A stretch of 63,496 nt of DNA, filler included, from Chiloscyllium plagiosum (lineage: Eukaryota): the NCBI RefSeq assembly GCF_004010195.1. It is 4 parts of one record of this genome, joined end to end, with 100 filler letters (N's around TTAATTAATTAA, not from the genome) between each part and the next. Parts side by side here need not be neighbours in the genome. Positions count along the whole stretch, not along the records: positions 1 to 30,807 come from NC_057715.1; positions 30,908 to 55,149 come from NC_057715.1; 2 more parts are not named here. One strand, 5' to 3'. The first letter of the stretch is position 1. The number at the start of each line of letters is the position of its first letter. A program made the translations under genes and the position numbers. Positions 26,061 through 38,169 of this stretch are shown here, one piece after another. The notes under the pieces were generated by a model. That model worked only from the letters and a program-made list of their open reading frames with translations, did no database searches and was not told the DNA's origin.

Positions 26061-26764
26061 GGCAGTTTCTTTTCAGTGAAGTCAGATTACTACAATACAT
26101 TTAGAAAGAGAACAACTTTCACTGAAGTAGTAGCACTGTCTGATATTTCCCGATTGTAACCTGGGGCACTAAGGTCAGTTTGGCAAAGACCAAAAACTCA
26201 GGGGAAAAGCAAAATTCTAAATGCTGAAAGAGAATGAGAGATAAACAGCAATGATGCATTTTGGTCTATCACTATTCATCAGAACCAAAGGACAGATCTT
26301 CCACATTAGTTCTGTGTCTTTCTTCACATCTCAGAACTGACCTATTGTGTATTTCTAATAGTTTCTGGTTCTAACTCAGGGTGAGGTATTTTGACCCTGC
26401 GGTGCTGTTGTTAATCTCATATATGCAGCCTCATCCAAAACACTTCAGAGCGTAAATATATCAGCATTGAGACCAGGAAAGACTAATTTTTAATAGTTAC
26501 TCATTCTTTGATCTAACTTCTTGCAGCTGAGCCAGTTCAGCAAGTCAAAATGCCTTTATCGTGATGTCAAATTGTATCATGACTCAAGTGTAACACAGAG
26601 TCCTCTCACTGCATCTTTTCCCTCCTGTTAACCACTCATTTGTACTCTGAAGAAATTTCTTTTTCATAGTCAGGCTCTCCCCTGTTCTCTGGCGTGATGG
26701 AATATGTCAATAGAAAACAAAGTGACAGTCCTTCATGTGTATCACCATGTAAATTGGATGGTTA

Positions 26765-27500
26765 AAAATAGAGGAACATACAAACAGGAACAGGCTAATT
26801 CATCCAATGAGTCAGTCAATAAGATTATGGTTAAGCTGCAAACTAACTTAATATATTCACCTTTGCCCCATTTCTCTCAAGATCTTGAGATAACACAAAT
26901 CTATCAACCTGAGATTTAAAACTTATTGTTGATTTAGGGATGATTGCCAAAGAGCCTGAAACTAGTACCATACTTTGTGCAAAGAATTTTAACTCCAGAA
27001 AGGTCAAATTCTAATTTTTCAACTATGTCCCTAATCCTAATTTCACAAACAATTGGAAATATTTTCCCTCTATTTATCCTAATTGGTTTTCCCAATATCT
27101 TGAATAGTTTGATCCAATCACTCTTAAACCTAATTATTAACAAGAAATACAATCCTAGTTTGTCTAATCTCAGTTTATAATCTAATGCTTGGAAACCAGA
27201 TATTATTTTGGTAAACCTGCGCTACATGGTCCCTCCAAGGTCAATATATCATTTAAATGATGTGATGCTCAGAACTACTCACAGTACGCTAACTGTGGCC
27301 GAGTCAGCTGAAACATGTTCTTTACTCCCCTGTATTCTAGTTCTCTATAAAGGCCAGCATTCCATTTACCTTTTTCATTATTTTTTGGAGCCATTAATGA
27401 CATTCAAACATTAATGCACCTGTGCACTTTGAGCTTTCAATGATTGCTGCTTTTCCCCATTAAAAGTACCCAGTTCTCTTTTTTTACCATTTCAGAAGTC
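26765..27500 (-). mobile_element. Old CR1 LINE 3' fragment
   Basis: Degenerate RFKSDWIKLFKIL...IFPIV...IRDI matches CR1 RLRGDLIEVFKI...LFPL...TRGH. Confidence 0.6.
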
Positions 27501-27619
27501 TGGCACAAATGCATTCAACAAATTATCTTCCAGACCACTATCACAAATTCAATTTGTTCAATCTACAAGAAATTTAAAGGCCCCACAATTAGTATATTAT
27601 CTTCCACCTGTGTTTTTTT

Positions 27620-27962
27620 TTATAGAATCCCTACGGTATGGAAATGGGCCGTTCGGCCCAACAAGTCCACACTGGCTTTCTGAAGAATAACCAACCCAGG
27701 CCCATTCCCCTCCCCTATTATCCTATACTTACCCCTGATTATGGCACCTAACCTACACATCCCTGAACACTATGGGTAATTTAGCATGGCCAATTCACCT
27801 AACCTGCACATCCTTAGATTGTGGGAGGAAACCAGACCAACTGGAGGAAACCCACACAGACACAGGGAGAATGTGCAAACTCCACATAGACAGTCGCCTG
27901 AGGCTGGAATCGAACCCAGGTGCCTAGCGCCGTAAGGCAGCAGTGCTAACCACTGAGCCGCC
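27620..27962 (-). mobile_element. HE1-like V-SINE
   Basis: A/B boxes and V-domain on -; homologous to the other HE1 copies. Confidence 0.9.
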
Positions 27963-29984
27963 AGTGGTCAGTGTGAGGGGTAGGTCTGTCAGTACAACAC
28001 AGATTTGCCGCTGCTACTCAATCATTACCTTGTCATCCACAGATCCCCAGGGTACAGTACCGAGGTCTGGCTGAGCGGAACTTGGACAGGGTTGCATCCT
28101 GTGATGTGTATTCTCACAGTTGTCCTTGTCACTGTCTGATCTGTTTACTTGTGAACTGAGTCAGCAGATGAATTCCAAACAAACTATGAGTGTCTGAGCT
28201 GGAACACAGCAAGCGCAGGTCCTGTATGCCTGTGTCCCCTCAGAGAGAATTAGATACTATTGTGCTCCATAGTTTATTGTGACTTCCTTGGTGTATAGGA
28301 AAAACATGAATTAGAACTGGCAAACCAAGTTGTTTCAGCTCAGCTTCAAGAACATGTTGGTATTTCACTTGCTGCTGATATCATTCAGAATAACTGAATG
28401 TTTCCTGATGGACTGTGCAATGATATTTCATTGGAAGACTCCAAGCTCTCCACCTCAAGTGGTCAGGATGCAGAAATGTCACTTACCTCTATGTAGCAGT
28501 TAATTATAAAGCCCGTGGAAGCCCTCCTTTACCCCTGCTCCCCAGTTGTGTTTTTGTGCTCTTTTCCATTATAAGAAAACAGATCAATGAGAGATTGTGG
28601 CACATTTGCTGTGTATGATTATCGGTAAGAAGCCCAATATTGCATAAGGAGGAGATTGTGAGGCAGCTGTGTGTAAATAAATGGCGATGAGAGGGAATGC
28701 ATAAACATGAGATGATTGACTGCTTGCAAAGTGAATGGGTAAGAGGAGTGAAATGATGAAACTGGCCTGTCAGGGCAGAGTAATTGGGGTAAGATGTGTA
28801 CAACAGGATATGGGTGAATGGGCAATTATACTCCTGGTTGGCAGAATCAAATAAATCCTGGATAGTGAATCTAGGAGCATAGTACAATGCCTCCTCTTTG
28901 TACCAACAAGAGGTTTCTTCCTCCCATTGGCATGGAACAGTCTCTCTCCATGGCTGATCACCACCTTCAGAAGTCCTTCCAATTATGTATCATTACATCC
29001 AGGTGGATCACTTGACAATCCCGAATCCATGGTAAAACTCTCTCTCTTAGTAATCCAGCTCCTACAAGCTCAGCATTTGGATTGGCTCCTTAAATATGTT
29101 GGGTGAACCCACATCACGTACACTTGTACCATGCTCGTTGAAACCAAATTTAGAAGCAAAATTTATAAAATGTGGCTTTGGTAAATTATCACAGACCAAC
29201 ATGTTGCAACATTCTCACCTCATTCTTAAAGTCCAAATATAGGGATATTGCCTTAAATTCTGTAATTCGTATCAAGTAAGCCACGGATTCAAAGACTCAA
29301 TCTGGGACCTTTGTGGTTTGCTTGGTTTAATTCCAGACAAAATCAAAAGTGTTATCAGAAAACCCAAAACATTTTAAAAACTCATCCTTAGTCTTAATAA
29401 GATGTCCTCATATTAGTTCTCTGTATTGTTTAGATGTGGGCTTTACATTTCTTCAAGTAGAAATCACACTCAATTTTGATGAACAGCAGATTTTTTTTGT
29501 ACAGTTATATCAACATTTCTGGCCTACAAGAAATGCTTGCTGACTCAGGAGCAGAAATGTTCATTTTCCCACACCATGCTCCTGATAGTTTTAAATCCTG
29601 CTATACCAACTACTGCTGTCAAAAACAAACGGCCACACCACACTGAAATTCCACTCATTGTGATCACTAAAGCAACAGGATTCTCTTTGCTTTGTGGGCA
29701 GCACAGGGCCATTGTTGGGTCAAATATTCCTGAGACGAAACCCGAAGAGAATCACGTGACCCAGAAAATGGATTAGGCCGCAGGAAACCTTGTTGCTCTT
29801 CTTTCCATTTTCACTGTCATTCCCCAGAGACAGTGTGACATTTAAAAGTGCAACACTTGCAGGAATCAGGCTCAACTCAAAATAGATTCTATTGTGTGCA
29901 AAATTCTATAATCAGAACAGGCCGTACAGCTGCCTCGGGCCAGCTAACAAAGTTGGGTTGAAATTACATTGTGGTAGCCATTAC

Positions 29985-30230
29985 GAGGAGAAAGTGAGGT
30001 CTGCAGACGCTGGAGATCAAAGCTGAAACTTTATTGCTGGAACAGCACAGCAGGTCAGGCAGCATCTAGGGAACAGAAGATTCGACGTTTCGGGCACATG
30101 CCCTTCTTCAGGAATGAGCAGAGAGTGTTCAGCAGGAGAAGATAAAAGGTAGGGAGGAGGGACTTGGAGGAGGGGCGTTGGAAATGTGATAGGTGGAAAG
30201 AGGTCAAGGTGAAGGTGATAGGTCGGAGGA
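29985..30230 (-). mobile_element. Neptune-type PLE 3' end (family A) with intact hammerhead
   Basis: Near-identical to the reverse complement of 37757-37960, plus the tail. Confidence 0.9.
30080..30115 (-). ncRNA. Minimal type I hammerhead ribozyme motif (family A)
   Basis: ATTC CTGAAGA A GGGC ATGT GCCC GAAA C GTC GAAT. Confidence 0.8.
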
Positions 30231-30232
30231 GA

Positions 30233-30807
30233 CTAACTATCCGTGATCCCAGTCTGGTTCACTGTGATCCTGACCTAATTAAATGTGATCCCAGTCTGCT
30301 TCACCGTGATCCTGACCTAACTATCCGTGATCCCAGTCTGCTGCACTGTGATCCTGACCTAACTATCCGTGATCCCAGTCTGCTGCACTGTGATCCTGAC
30401 CTAACTATCCGTGATCCCAGTCTGCTGCACTGTGATCCTGACCTAACTATCCGTGATCCCAGTCTGCTGCACTGTGATCCTGACCTAACTATCCGTGATC
30501 CCAGTCTGCTGCACTGTGATCCTGACCTAACTATCCGTGATCCCAGTCTGCTGCACTGTGATCCTGACCTAACTATCCGTGATCCCAGTCTGCTGCACTG
30601 TGATCCTGACCTAACTATCCGTGATCCCAGTCTGCTGCACTGTGATCCTGACCTAACTATCCGTGATCCCAGTCTGCTGCACTGTGATCCTGACCTAACT
30701 ATCCGTGATCCCAGTCTGCTGCACTGTGATCCTGACCTAACTATCCGTGATCCCAGTCTGCTTCACTGAGATCCTGACCGAACTATCCGTGATCCCAGTC
30801 TGCTTCA
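30233..30807 (+). repeat. 42-bp minisatellite, about 13.7 copies, running into a gap
   Basis: Unit CTAACTATCCGTGATCCCAGTCTGCTGCACTGTGATCCTGAC. Confidence 0.98.
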
Positions 30808-30907
30808 NNNNNNNNNNNNNNNNNNNNNNNNNNNNNNNNNNNNNNNNNNNNTTAATTAATTAANNNNNNNNNNNNNNNNNNNNNNNNNNNNNNNNNNNNN
30901 NNNNNNN
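30808..30907. other. Artificial scaffold linker N44-TTAATTAATTAA-N44
   Basis: Identical 100-bp construct at 55150-55249 and 60393-60492; stops in all six frames. Confidence 0.95.
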
Positions 30908-31650
30908 TCTGCTTTGTCCAGGATGACCGTCATTCTGCCTTTGTCTGCTGGTATGATTATGTTCTTATCGTTTCTTAGTGATTTTAGTGCTTCTCTCTCC
31001 TTGGTGTTGAGGTTATGTGTTTGTCTTTTCCTTGTTGTCAGAGGTACGATACTTTGTCTCATTGTTTGTTGTGTCTCTTCTGTCAGTCCATTGTTCCTGA
31101 GCGTGCATTCTAGTACTGCTAGGAAGTCTGCTGTCTTGGCGTCCCTATGATTGTAGTTAAGTCCCTTGGCCAGTGTAGTTCTATCCGTGTCCGTGAGCTG
31201 TCTGTGGGAGAGGTTTCTAACCCCGGTGTGTGCTGTGGTGTCCTCTCTGTTGTGTGTTAGTTTGGCCATTTTTTCTTTTAGTGCCGTTTTTTTGCGGTGT
31301 GTGGTCCTGTTCTGTCCTATGGTGACAGCCTGTACTATGGTCCGGGTCCATTCCTGATTGGTGGTTTTTGAAATTAACGATTTTTGGCTCGCAATTTCTT
31401 GTCTGTATTTGTGAAGTCTGTTGTGAACATCTGTAATCATTACCTGGATCATCCTGAATCCGTTCTGTCTGGCTGCGTCCCTGGCTTGTGGGTTGTTGAC
31501 TGGTGGTCTGTATCTGACACATGGTGGAAGGATTCGAATCTTTCGGCATTCATGCAGGAACCGGAGTCGTTTGTTTGTGGCGCTTAGGCGGTTGGCACAG
31601 GATTCCCATTTCCTGGCTTGTCTTAGCGTCTCTCGCCCGTAGGTGTTCAA
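30908..31650 (-). mobile_element. Poseidon/Penelope-type PLE, N-terminal ORF region leading to RT
   Basis: NLSHRQLT...LAKGLNY...LKSLRNDKNIIIPADKGRMTVILDK, the PLE pre-RT DKG motif. Confidence 0.88.
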
Positions 31651-31673
31651 AGTTCAAAGCCTCGTTCAAAGCA

Positions 31674-32317
31674 GAACGAGGACATGCCGCAACCCAAAGG
31701 ACTAGCCACACTACCTTACATCAAGAGCATTTCCGAACTGACAGCCAGACTACTGCGACCACTAGGACTCATAACAGCACACAAACCAACAGCCACTCTC
31801 AGACAACAACTCACCAGAACGAAGGACCCGATACCCAGCATGAGCAAAACCAATGTAGTGTACAAAATCCCATGCAAGGACTACACAAAACACTACATAG
31901 GACAAACAGGAAGACAGCTAACGATCCACATCCATGAACACCAACTAGCCACGAAACAACACGAGCAGCTATCCTTAGTAGCCACACATGCAGATGACAA
32001 GCAACATGAATTCGACTGGGACAACGCTACTATTATAGGACAAGCCAAACAGAGAACAGCCAGGGAATTCCTAGAGGCATGGCACTCATCCACAGATTCA
32101 ATCAATAAGCACATCGACCTGGATCCAATATACTGACCACTACAACGGACAGCTGGAACTGACAATCGGAAGTGACAGATACAAACCACTACAAATGCCG
32201 GAGGAAACATCACAGAAGCGCTTCACAGGAGGCTCCCAAGCACTGAGGATGTCACCTAGACAGGGGACGAAACGTCTGCAACACAAATTCCCAGCTCAGC
32301 GAACAGAACCACAACAA
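31674..32317 (+). mobile_element. Inverted 3' portion of a Poseidon-type PLE: GIY-YIG endonuclease plus 3' end
   Basis: NVVYKIPCKDYTKHYIGQTGRQL...EH...REFLEAW GIY-YIG motifs. Confidence 0.92.
32240..32279 (+). ncRNA. Minimal type I hammerhead ribozyme motif (Poseidon family)
   Basis: GCA CTGAGGA T GTCACC TAGACA GGGGAC GAAA C GTC TGC; copies with ATC at 50683-50722(-) and 51240-51279(+). Confidence 0.75.
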
Positions 32318-32339
32318 GTAGTTTAATATCATTTAGTTT

Positions 32340-33275
32340 TAGCTTTTAACATTTTCAAGTTTTGAATTAAGGACAAGTGAGTTTTTCTGCGTGTCTGAAA
32401 GTTTTAATTATTGACCTGGAAGCATTTCTGTAGCCATGGTGATTTATTTTAAAAACAACTTGATAGAGAGATAACTTTCAGAAATAATAGCTTTGTATAC
32501 AGTCGGAGTTTTTCTGACAGAGCAAGGTAAACAATTATGCATCAGGGTTTCTGTTTGAAATTTCTGAACTTCTTTATTTTTAAGCTTCAGGAAAATGTCC
32601 ATTGTTCGAAAGTAAAGGGTTTTATTTATTTCAGTTTGGGGCAAATTTGCAGAAATCCTTGAATAAAAATGGCTGCTTAAAGCATCCTCAGAAAGGAAAG
32701 TGATTAATGAAAATATATGGCTTCTGAGTACAGAGTTTAATAATTGCCCCAGACCAGAAATATTTGGATAAAACATCGAGGTTATTTGAAGCAGAGAATG
32801 TTTGAACTCAAGTGCATGAAAGCTCCAGGAAGAGACTTTAGATTTTCCAGGCTGGACGTTGAAATCACAGTTAAATTAAAGCTATTGAGATATTTGAGAA
32901 AGAGATTTCATTCCTAGAGTCACAGAGTCAGACACATCGTATAAGTTCTGCATCATTGATTCCTTTAGGTACTGTACAAAGGTGTCTTTGGGATCTGTGA
33001 AAGACTATTTTTGTGATTAATATGATTATATTTTATCACGTGGTTCAAATCTTGTGGTAGGTGTAAATAGCTTTGGTTTATTTTCTGTTAACTTAATCTA
33101 TTTTGTAAAATAGACTTCTATCCTATTGTTAAAACCAAATCTGCAACATTGAATTATTTTGTTTCAATGAGAGACCACTTCATGAAACCCAAAACAAAAT
33201 AAAATATCATCTATCTAGCCAGGCATTAGCTTGGCATCTGACTTGTCTAGTAATAGAATCAACTGGGTTCATACA
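32340..33275 (+). mobile_element. Probable degenerate solo LTR
   Basis: AATAAA followed by a U5-like end (...gatctgacttgt...ctgggttcataca) resembling fish/shark Gypsy LTR ends as I recall them; boundaries uncertain. Confidence 0.3.
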
Positions 33276-33284
33276 ATAGTACAG

Positions 33285-34215
33285 AACTTGTATGTCTGGG
33301 AATTGACACACAAGGTTGAAGATTTTCATTTTGAACTCATCAGGACAATTTGCAAGAAATACCAATATAAAAGGGAAAACAACCATTTTATACTGTGCAA
33401 AAAGAGAGTGCTGATAGGTTTGCGAGTGGACTCTGATTGGTAAAGGCATTGCCATGGAGAATGCAACAATTGGCTGACTGACAGTTGACTGTCAAATTTT
33501 GTTTAGATTTAAACCATATGGGTGGACTCTGATTGATCAAGGCATTCTGAGAAATAAGGCAAAAGTGAGGACTGCAGATGCTGGAGATCAGAGTCAAGAT
33601 TAGTGTGGTGCTGGAAAAGCACAGCAGGTCAAGCAGCATCCGAGGAGCAGGAAAATCGGCCTTTTGGGGCAGGAGCCCAAATGAACTGTCACCTGTTTTG
33701 CTTTGTTAGAGAAAGCAGAATGTGTGTACATACACTTTCTATTTTGTGAAGATCAGGGCCTATGTATTAATTTTTGAAGTTTTCAGTGTGCACAAGGACA
33801 TCACACTATAAGCCAGATTGACAATCTTAAATTGGTTGTCACTCAACATTGAGCACCTAAATATTAATACACAGGGTCCTGACAGAACGAATATTGTTGC
33901 TGTTTTAACTCAACATACCAGATGACAGTCACTTTCTGAATCATTTCTCAGGGCTATGCCTTGTCTAATCAGAGTCAAACAGACTGGTTTAACTTTAAAT
34001 GGGAGTTAATTGTCAGTGATCATCTAATTGGAGCATTCTCCATGGTAACATCTCAACCAATTGGAATCTACTTGTCAGCAAATCAGTACTCTTTTCTCAC
34101 ACAATATAAAAAGGTTGTTTTCCGTTTGTATAGGTCTTTCCTGTAAATCATCCTGACATGCGCAAGACGAAAATCTTGGACAAAATGGCTCTTTTTTTCA
34201 GCAATATTCAGTTTT
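33285..34215. mobile_element. Old inverted-repeat PLE-like element (family E) with CCAAT/TATA-like motifs and degenerate hammerheads
   Basis: Left arm about 33285-33775 is the reverse complement of right arm about 33860-34215; hammerhead remnants 33314-33347(-) and 34149-34182(+). Confidence 0.6.
33557..33678 (-). mobile_element. Family A PLE 3' end nested in the family E element
   Basis: Homology to 18331-18460. Confidence 0.85.
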
Positions 34216-34297
34216 ATTCATTTATGGACCATATTTTGCTGGCTAGCCTGGAAAATGTATTAGCCTCATCCTGGAGCTTTCGCCCTACTTGCTTTTC

Positions 34298-34690
34298 AGA
34301 AGCCTGGAGAAAGAACGCCTCATCTTCCACCTTGGGAACCCCCAACCTTACGGGATCAATGTTGATTTCACCAGTTTCCTCATTTCCCCTCCCCCCACCC
34401 TATCCCAGATCCAACCTTCCAACCCGGCACCGCCCTTTTGAACTGTCCAACCTGTCCATTTTCCTTCCCACCTATCCACACCACCCTCCTTTCCGACCTA
34501 ACACTTTCACCCCCATCACTATCTACTTATTGCATTTCAAGCTACCTTCCCTCAAGCCCCCACACCCCTCCCATTTATCTCTCAGTGCCCCTTGGGTCAC
34601 CGCCTCATTCCTGATGAAAAGCTTATGCTCGAATCAACTCTCCTGCTCCTCGGGTGCTGCCTGACTGGCTGTGCTTTTCCATCACCATAC
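34298..34690 (+). mobile_element. Neptune-type PLE 3' fragment
   Basis: ERLIF.LG..QP.GIN endonuclease C-terminus, pyrimidine-rich UTR, degenerate hammerhead near 34607-34640. Confidence 0.8.
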
Positions 34691-34794
34691 CAAACTACAT
34701 TTACTTTCTGTTCCAGTACTGGTGTTGTTGTGCAGCAGACTGGACATTTCCTTCCCATCACACTCCTTCAGTTATGTACTCGCCTCATTAATCT

Positions 34795-35029
34795 AGGCAA
34801 AAAGGAGGACTGCAGATGCTGGAAATCAGAGTCTAGATTAGAGTGGTGCTGGAAAGGCGCAGCAGGTCAGGCAGCATCCGAGGAGCAGGAAAATCGACGT
34901 TTCAGGCAAAAGCCCTTCATTAGGAAAGGCTTCCTGATGAAGGGCTTTTGCCAAAAACATTAATTTTCCTGCTCCTCAGATGCTGCCTGATCTGCTGTGC
35001 TTTTCCAGCAGCACCATCTAATCTAGACT
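34795..35029. mobile_element. Head-to-head double-hammerhead palindromic element (family A)
   Basis: Arms meet at TAGGAA-AGGC-TTCCTG; 16-bp TSD with 2 mismatches (34779-34794 / 35030-35045). Confidence 0.88.
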
Positions 35030-35874
35030 CTCACCTCATTGATCTGTTTATCCCTATGCCAATTTGAAAATATCTCCATTAGTATCTATGGATTTTAACC
35101 TCCAAAGGCCCAGTTCATTAATTTAGCTTCAAGTTCCCATTACTCTTTGGTCAAAGCAAGTATGGTCTTGACTTCTCTGCAAGCTGTGTCCAGAGACTAT
35201 GAGGGTTTGTGCAGGCTGCATACTGTAGGGATTCTATGACGAGCATCAGCTGCTTAGTTGAAGGTTGAGGAACATGTAACTGCACTGTCATTGGGTCTTT
35301 TTACCGACTGCCTGAAACCACTTATGGAAACAAAGAAAGCAGAAGCTGGAAGATTGCATGATCGCTAAAGGTTACTTAAACAATATTCCATACCTCATAT
35401 GCTTAAGATTATGAATGAGTGATGAGTTAAACAAATATAAAGGAAATGTTTACAGCAAATAGACAGGCACGAGCAAATCAGTGTGCGAGAGGAGGAGAGG
35501 GAATGATTTCTGGCAATGATTTTAATTACAGGCTCAAAAGCACGAATATTTGTGACATCCCCTGATGAAGATCTGCTGACTCTAATTATGTGTCACTTTA
35601 GGTAGAAAACTAGTCTGCGCTCCTGTAGCAGTCGGAAATGTTTCTGCCCCACCACATGTTGGTTATCTATTATTTTTAGTTCAATACTAAATGTGTCACG
35701 GTACATTGAATTTGAAGTGTATTCTCGACTTGCAGTTTATGTTACAGGAAGGGTTATAACAAGAATCACAATAATATTGTCACAGTGAATCAATAACTGT
35801 AGCTGCAATCCTACACACACATTGTGTAACATCTGATGGCTCCATATCCCAAATATTCTACTTTCATTAAAAAA

Positions 35875-36045
35875 TGAAAGAACTGCAGACACTATAAGTC
35901 AGAAAGAAAAATGGAAATTGCTGAGTTAACTCTGTTCCACAACTATGAGGAAGGGTCACTCAACCCAAAACATCAACTCCAATTTCTCTCCATAGATGCT
36001 GCCAGATCTGCTGAGCTTTTCCAGCAATTTCTGTTCTTGATTCTA
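35875..36045. mobile_element. Family B palindromic PLE-derived element
   Basis: Inverted ends (agaaagaaaaatggaaattgctg / cagcaatttctgttcttgattct); degenerate hammerhead 35941-35980. Confidence 0.65.
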
Positions 36046-37474
36046 TTTTAATTGCTGCACCGCAATTTCTGGACTTCTATCATGAACAGTCTGTTATTAT
36101 TCCTAGGTTCTTATCTGTGTCTTCATGTGCTAACTGAGTTGCACCACTTGTATACTTTCAAAACATTATGTAATATTTCTCAATATTAAATTTATAAGTC
36201 ATTTGTTGATAAAATTGCGTAACAGATATAAATTCTTCAGACAGTTATACAGTACGCTCTCTGGCTTTTCTCAGCCATTTTATTATTGATGAACTGTGCA
36301 TGTTTACAATTGATATCAACATTCAGGATAGAAATGTTTAGAAAAGTAAACAAAACTTTCTCTGTCTTGACATGACAGGGATAATGTTCTGAATTTGCAT
36401 CACCAGCAAGGACCATAATGGTTTAAAAAATTGCACAGTTACATAACCAATTTCTGATAATGGTATCATTAGTTTAGACTCAAAAACTAGCCAATAAATT
36501 TCTCATTAGTGATCTGTCCAATATTGTAAACTATTTTATCTTGAGTTCCCAAGATCCAACTGACGTCTAATTTAAATAAAATTCTCCCATGTGCAATTTA
36601 ATCAAAAAACTATATGAAAATGTAAGGAAGCATGGAATGAGAAATCCATTCAATTGTGACTTTTCTCCATACCATGTAACAGCATGAAGAGACATATGAG
36701 TACACGTTCTCCATTCAGTTTCAGTTTGCTAGCTCAATTCATATTCCTATTCCTCCACCCAAAACAACAATGCACCAAGAGACAATTATTTTATCATATG
36801 AAATTTTTGATCATCTCAATCTATGGTCCTCAATGTTTCTACAAAAATGGCCCCAATTCATAAGTGAAGAATTCACTCGCTTCATAAAAGACTGAGAAAT
36901 TCAATGCCTTATAACATTGCTACATTGTCCCCAGTCAAATAGAAAGGCTAGTGAATCATAAGAAAATTAAGGTATCCAGAAACAATAATAGTGTTTCTCA
37001 AATGGAGAAACACTATTATTCATGGGATGAAAAGTAGTCCAATAAAGAGACTAAAGCCATGCCACACCCAAAATACACTTCCAATGGCAAAAAAGCTACT
37101 GAATCCAAAAGTAACTATAGATGTGAGTGACAAATTCAAAGTAAAACTGCAGATAACCAGATTTCATTTTGGCAAGACTGCTAAACCATTGCTAGAGTTA
37201 AGCATTGAAGAGTCAGAGCACAAACTTTCAAAGCTCTCAACTTTGGACCTGTACAGCAATTTTCCCCTTGATAATATGCATTGGAATTGAATAACCAGAT
37301 ATACCGTTATATCTGCAGACTCTACACATTACTGGAGAAACTGTCACCCTACTTTAGGTAGCTGATGGGGAAGTTAGAATTCATCACCTGCAGAGTGAAT
37401 TGATGAGCTATCAGACCTAGAGATCCATAGCAACTCAACAGTGGAAATTGAGCAGTCTGGGCAGCAAAGCACGA

Positions 37475-37961
37475 ACCAACCCAACCACCCTGTAGCACAG
37501 CATTTCAACTCCCCCTCCCACTCCACCGAGGATATGCAGGTCATTGGACTCATCCACCGCCAAACCACAACAACGCGACGGTCAGAGGAGGAGCGTCTTA
37601 TCTTCCGACTGGGAACCCTCCAACCACAGGGGATGAACTTGACTTCACCAGTTTCTTCATCCCCCCTCCCCCCACCTTGTCTCAGCCGAATCCCTCCAGC
37701 CCGGCACCGCCTTCCTGACCTGCAGTCTTCTTCTTGACCTCTCCGCCTCCATCCTACTCCGACCTATCACCCTCACCTTGACCTCTTTCCACCTATCACA
37801 TTTCCAACGCCCCTCCTCCAAGTCCCTCCTCCCTACCTTTTATCTTCTCCTGCTGAACACTCTCTGCTCATTCCTGAAGAAGGGCCTGTGCCCGAAACGT
37901 CGAATCTCCTGTTCCCTGGATGCTGCCTGACCTGCTGTGCTGTTCCAGCAATAAAGTTTCA
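37475..37961 (+). mobile_element. Neptune-type PLE 3' fragment (GIY-YIG C-terminus, UTR, hammerhead)
   Basis: PVAQHFNSPSH...RRSEEERLIFRLGTLQPQGMN; TSD CAGCAAAGCA(C/T)GA 37462-37474 / 37963-37975. Confidence 0.9.
37870..37905 (+). ncRNA. Minimal type I hammerhead ribozyme motif (family A)
   Basis: ATTC CTGAAGA A GGGC CTGT GCCC GAAA C GTC GAAT. Confidence 0.8.
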
Positions 37962-38169
37962 TCAGCAAAGCATGACACAAGGCCAACACTCCTGGAGAAA
38001 GAACATCGTGCAGATGAATGGTCAACAACGTGTACCAATATCATTCTGATCCCAGTATGATATAAAGTCTATGTGCACAAGGCATGTACAAGAGACTGAT
38101 GAGAACAATGAACTGCTAAAGCATGAGAACAGTCATGTGTATGTTTGTGTAATTTGAGTAACTCAGATT

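Noticed and set aside
30164..30769. 201-aa ORF with a 14-aa repeat, and a CRISPR-like look of the array
   Set aside because: It is the translation of a 42-bp minisatellite starting in antisense PLE UTR; there are no unique spacers and no cas genes.
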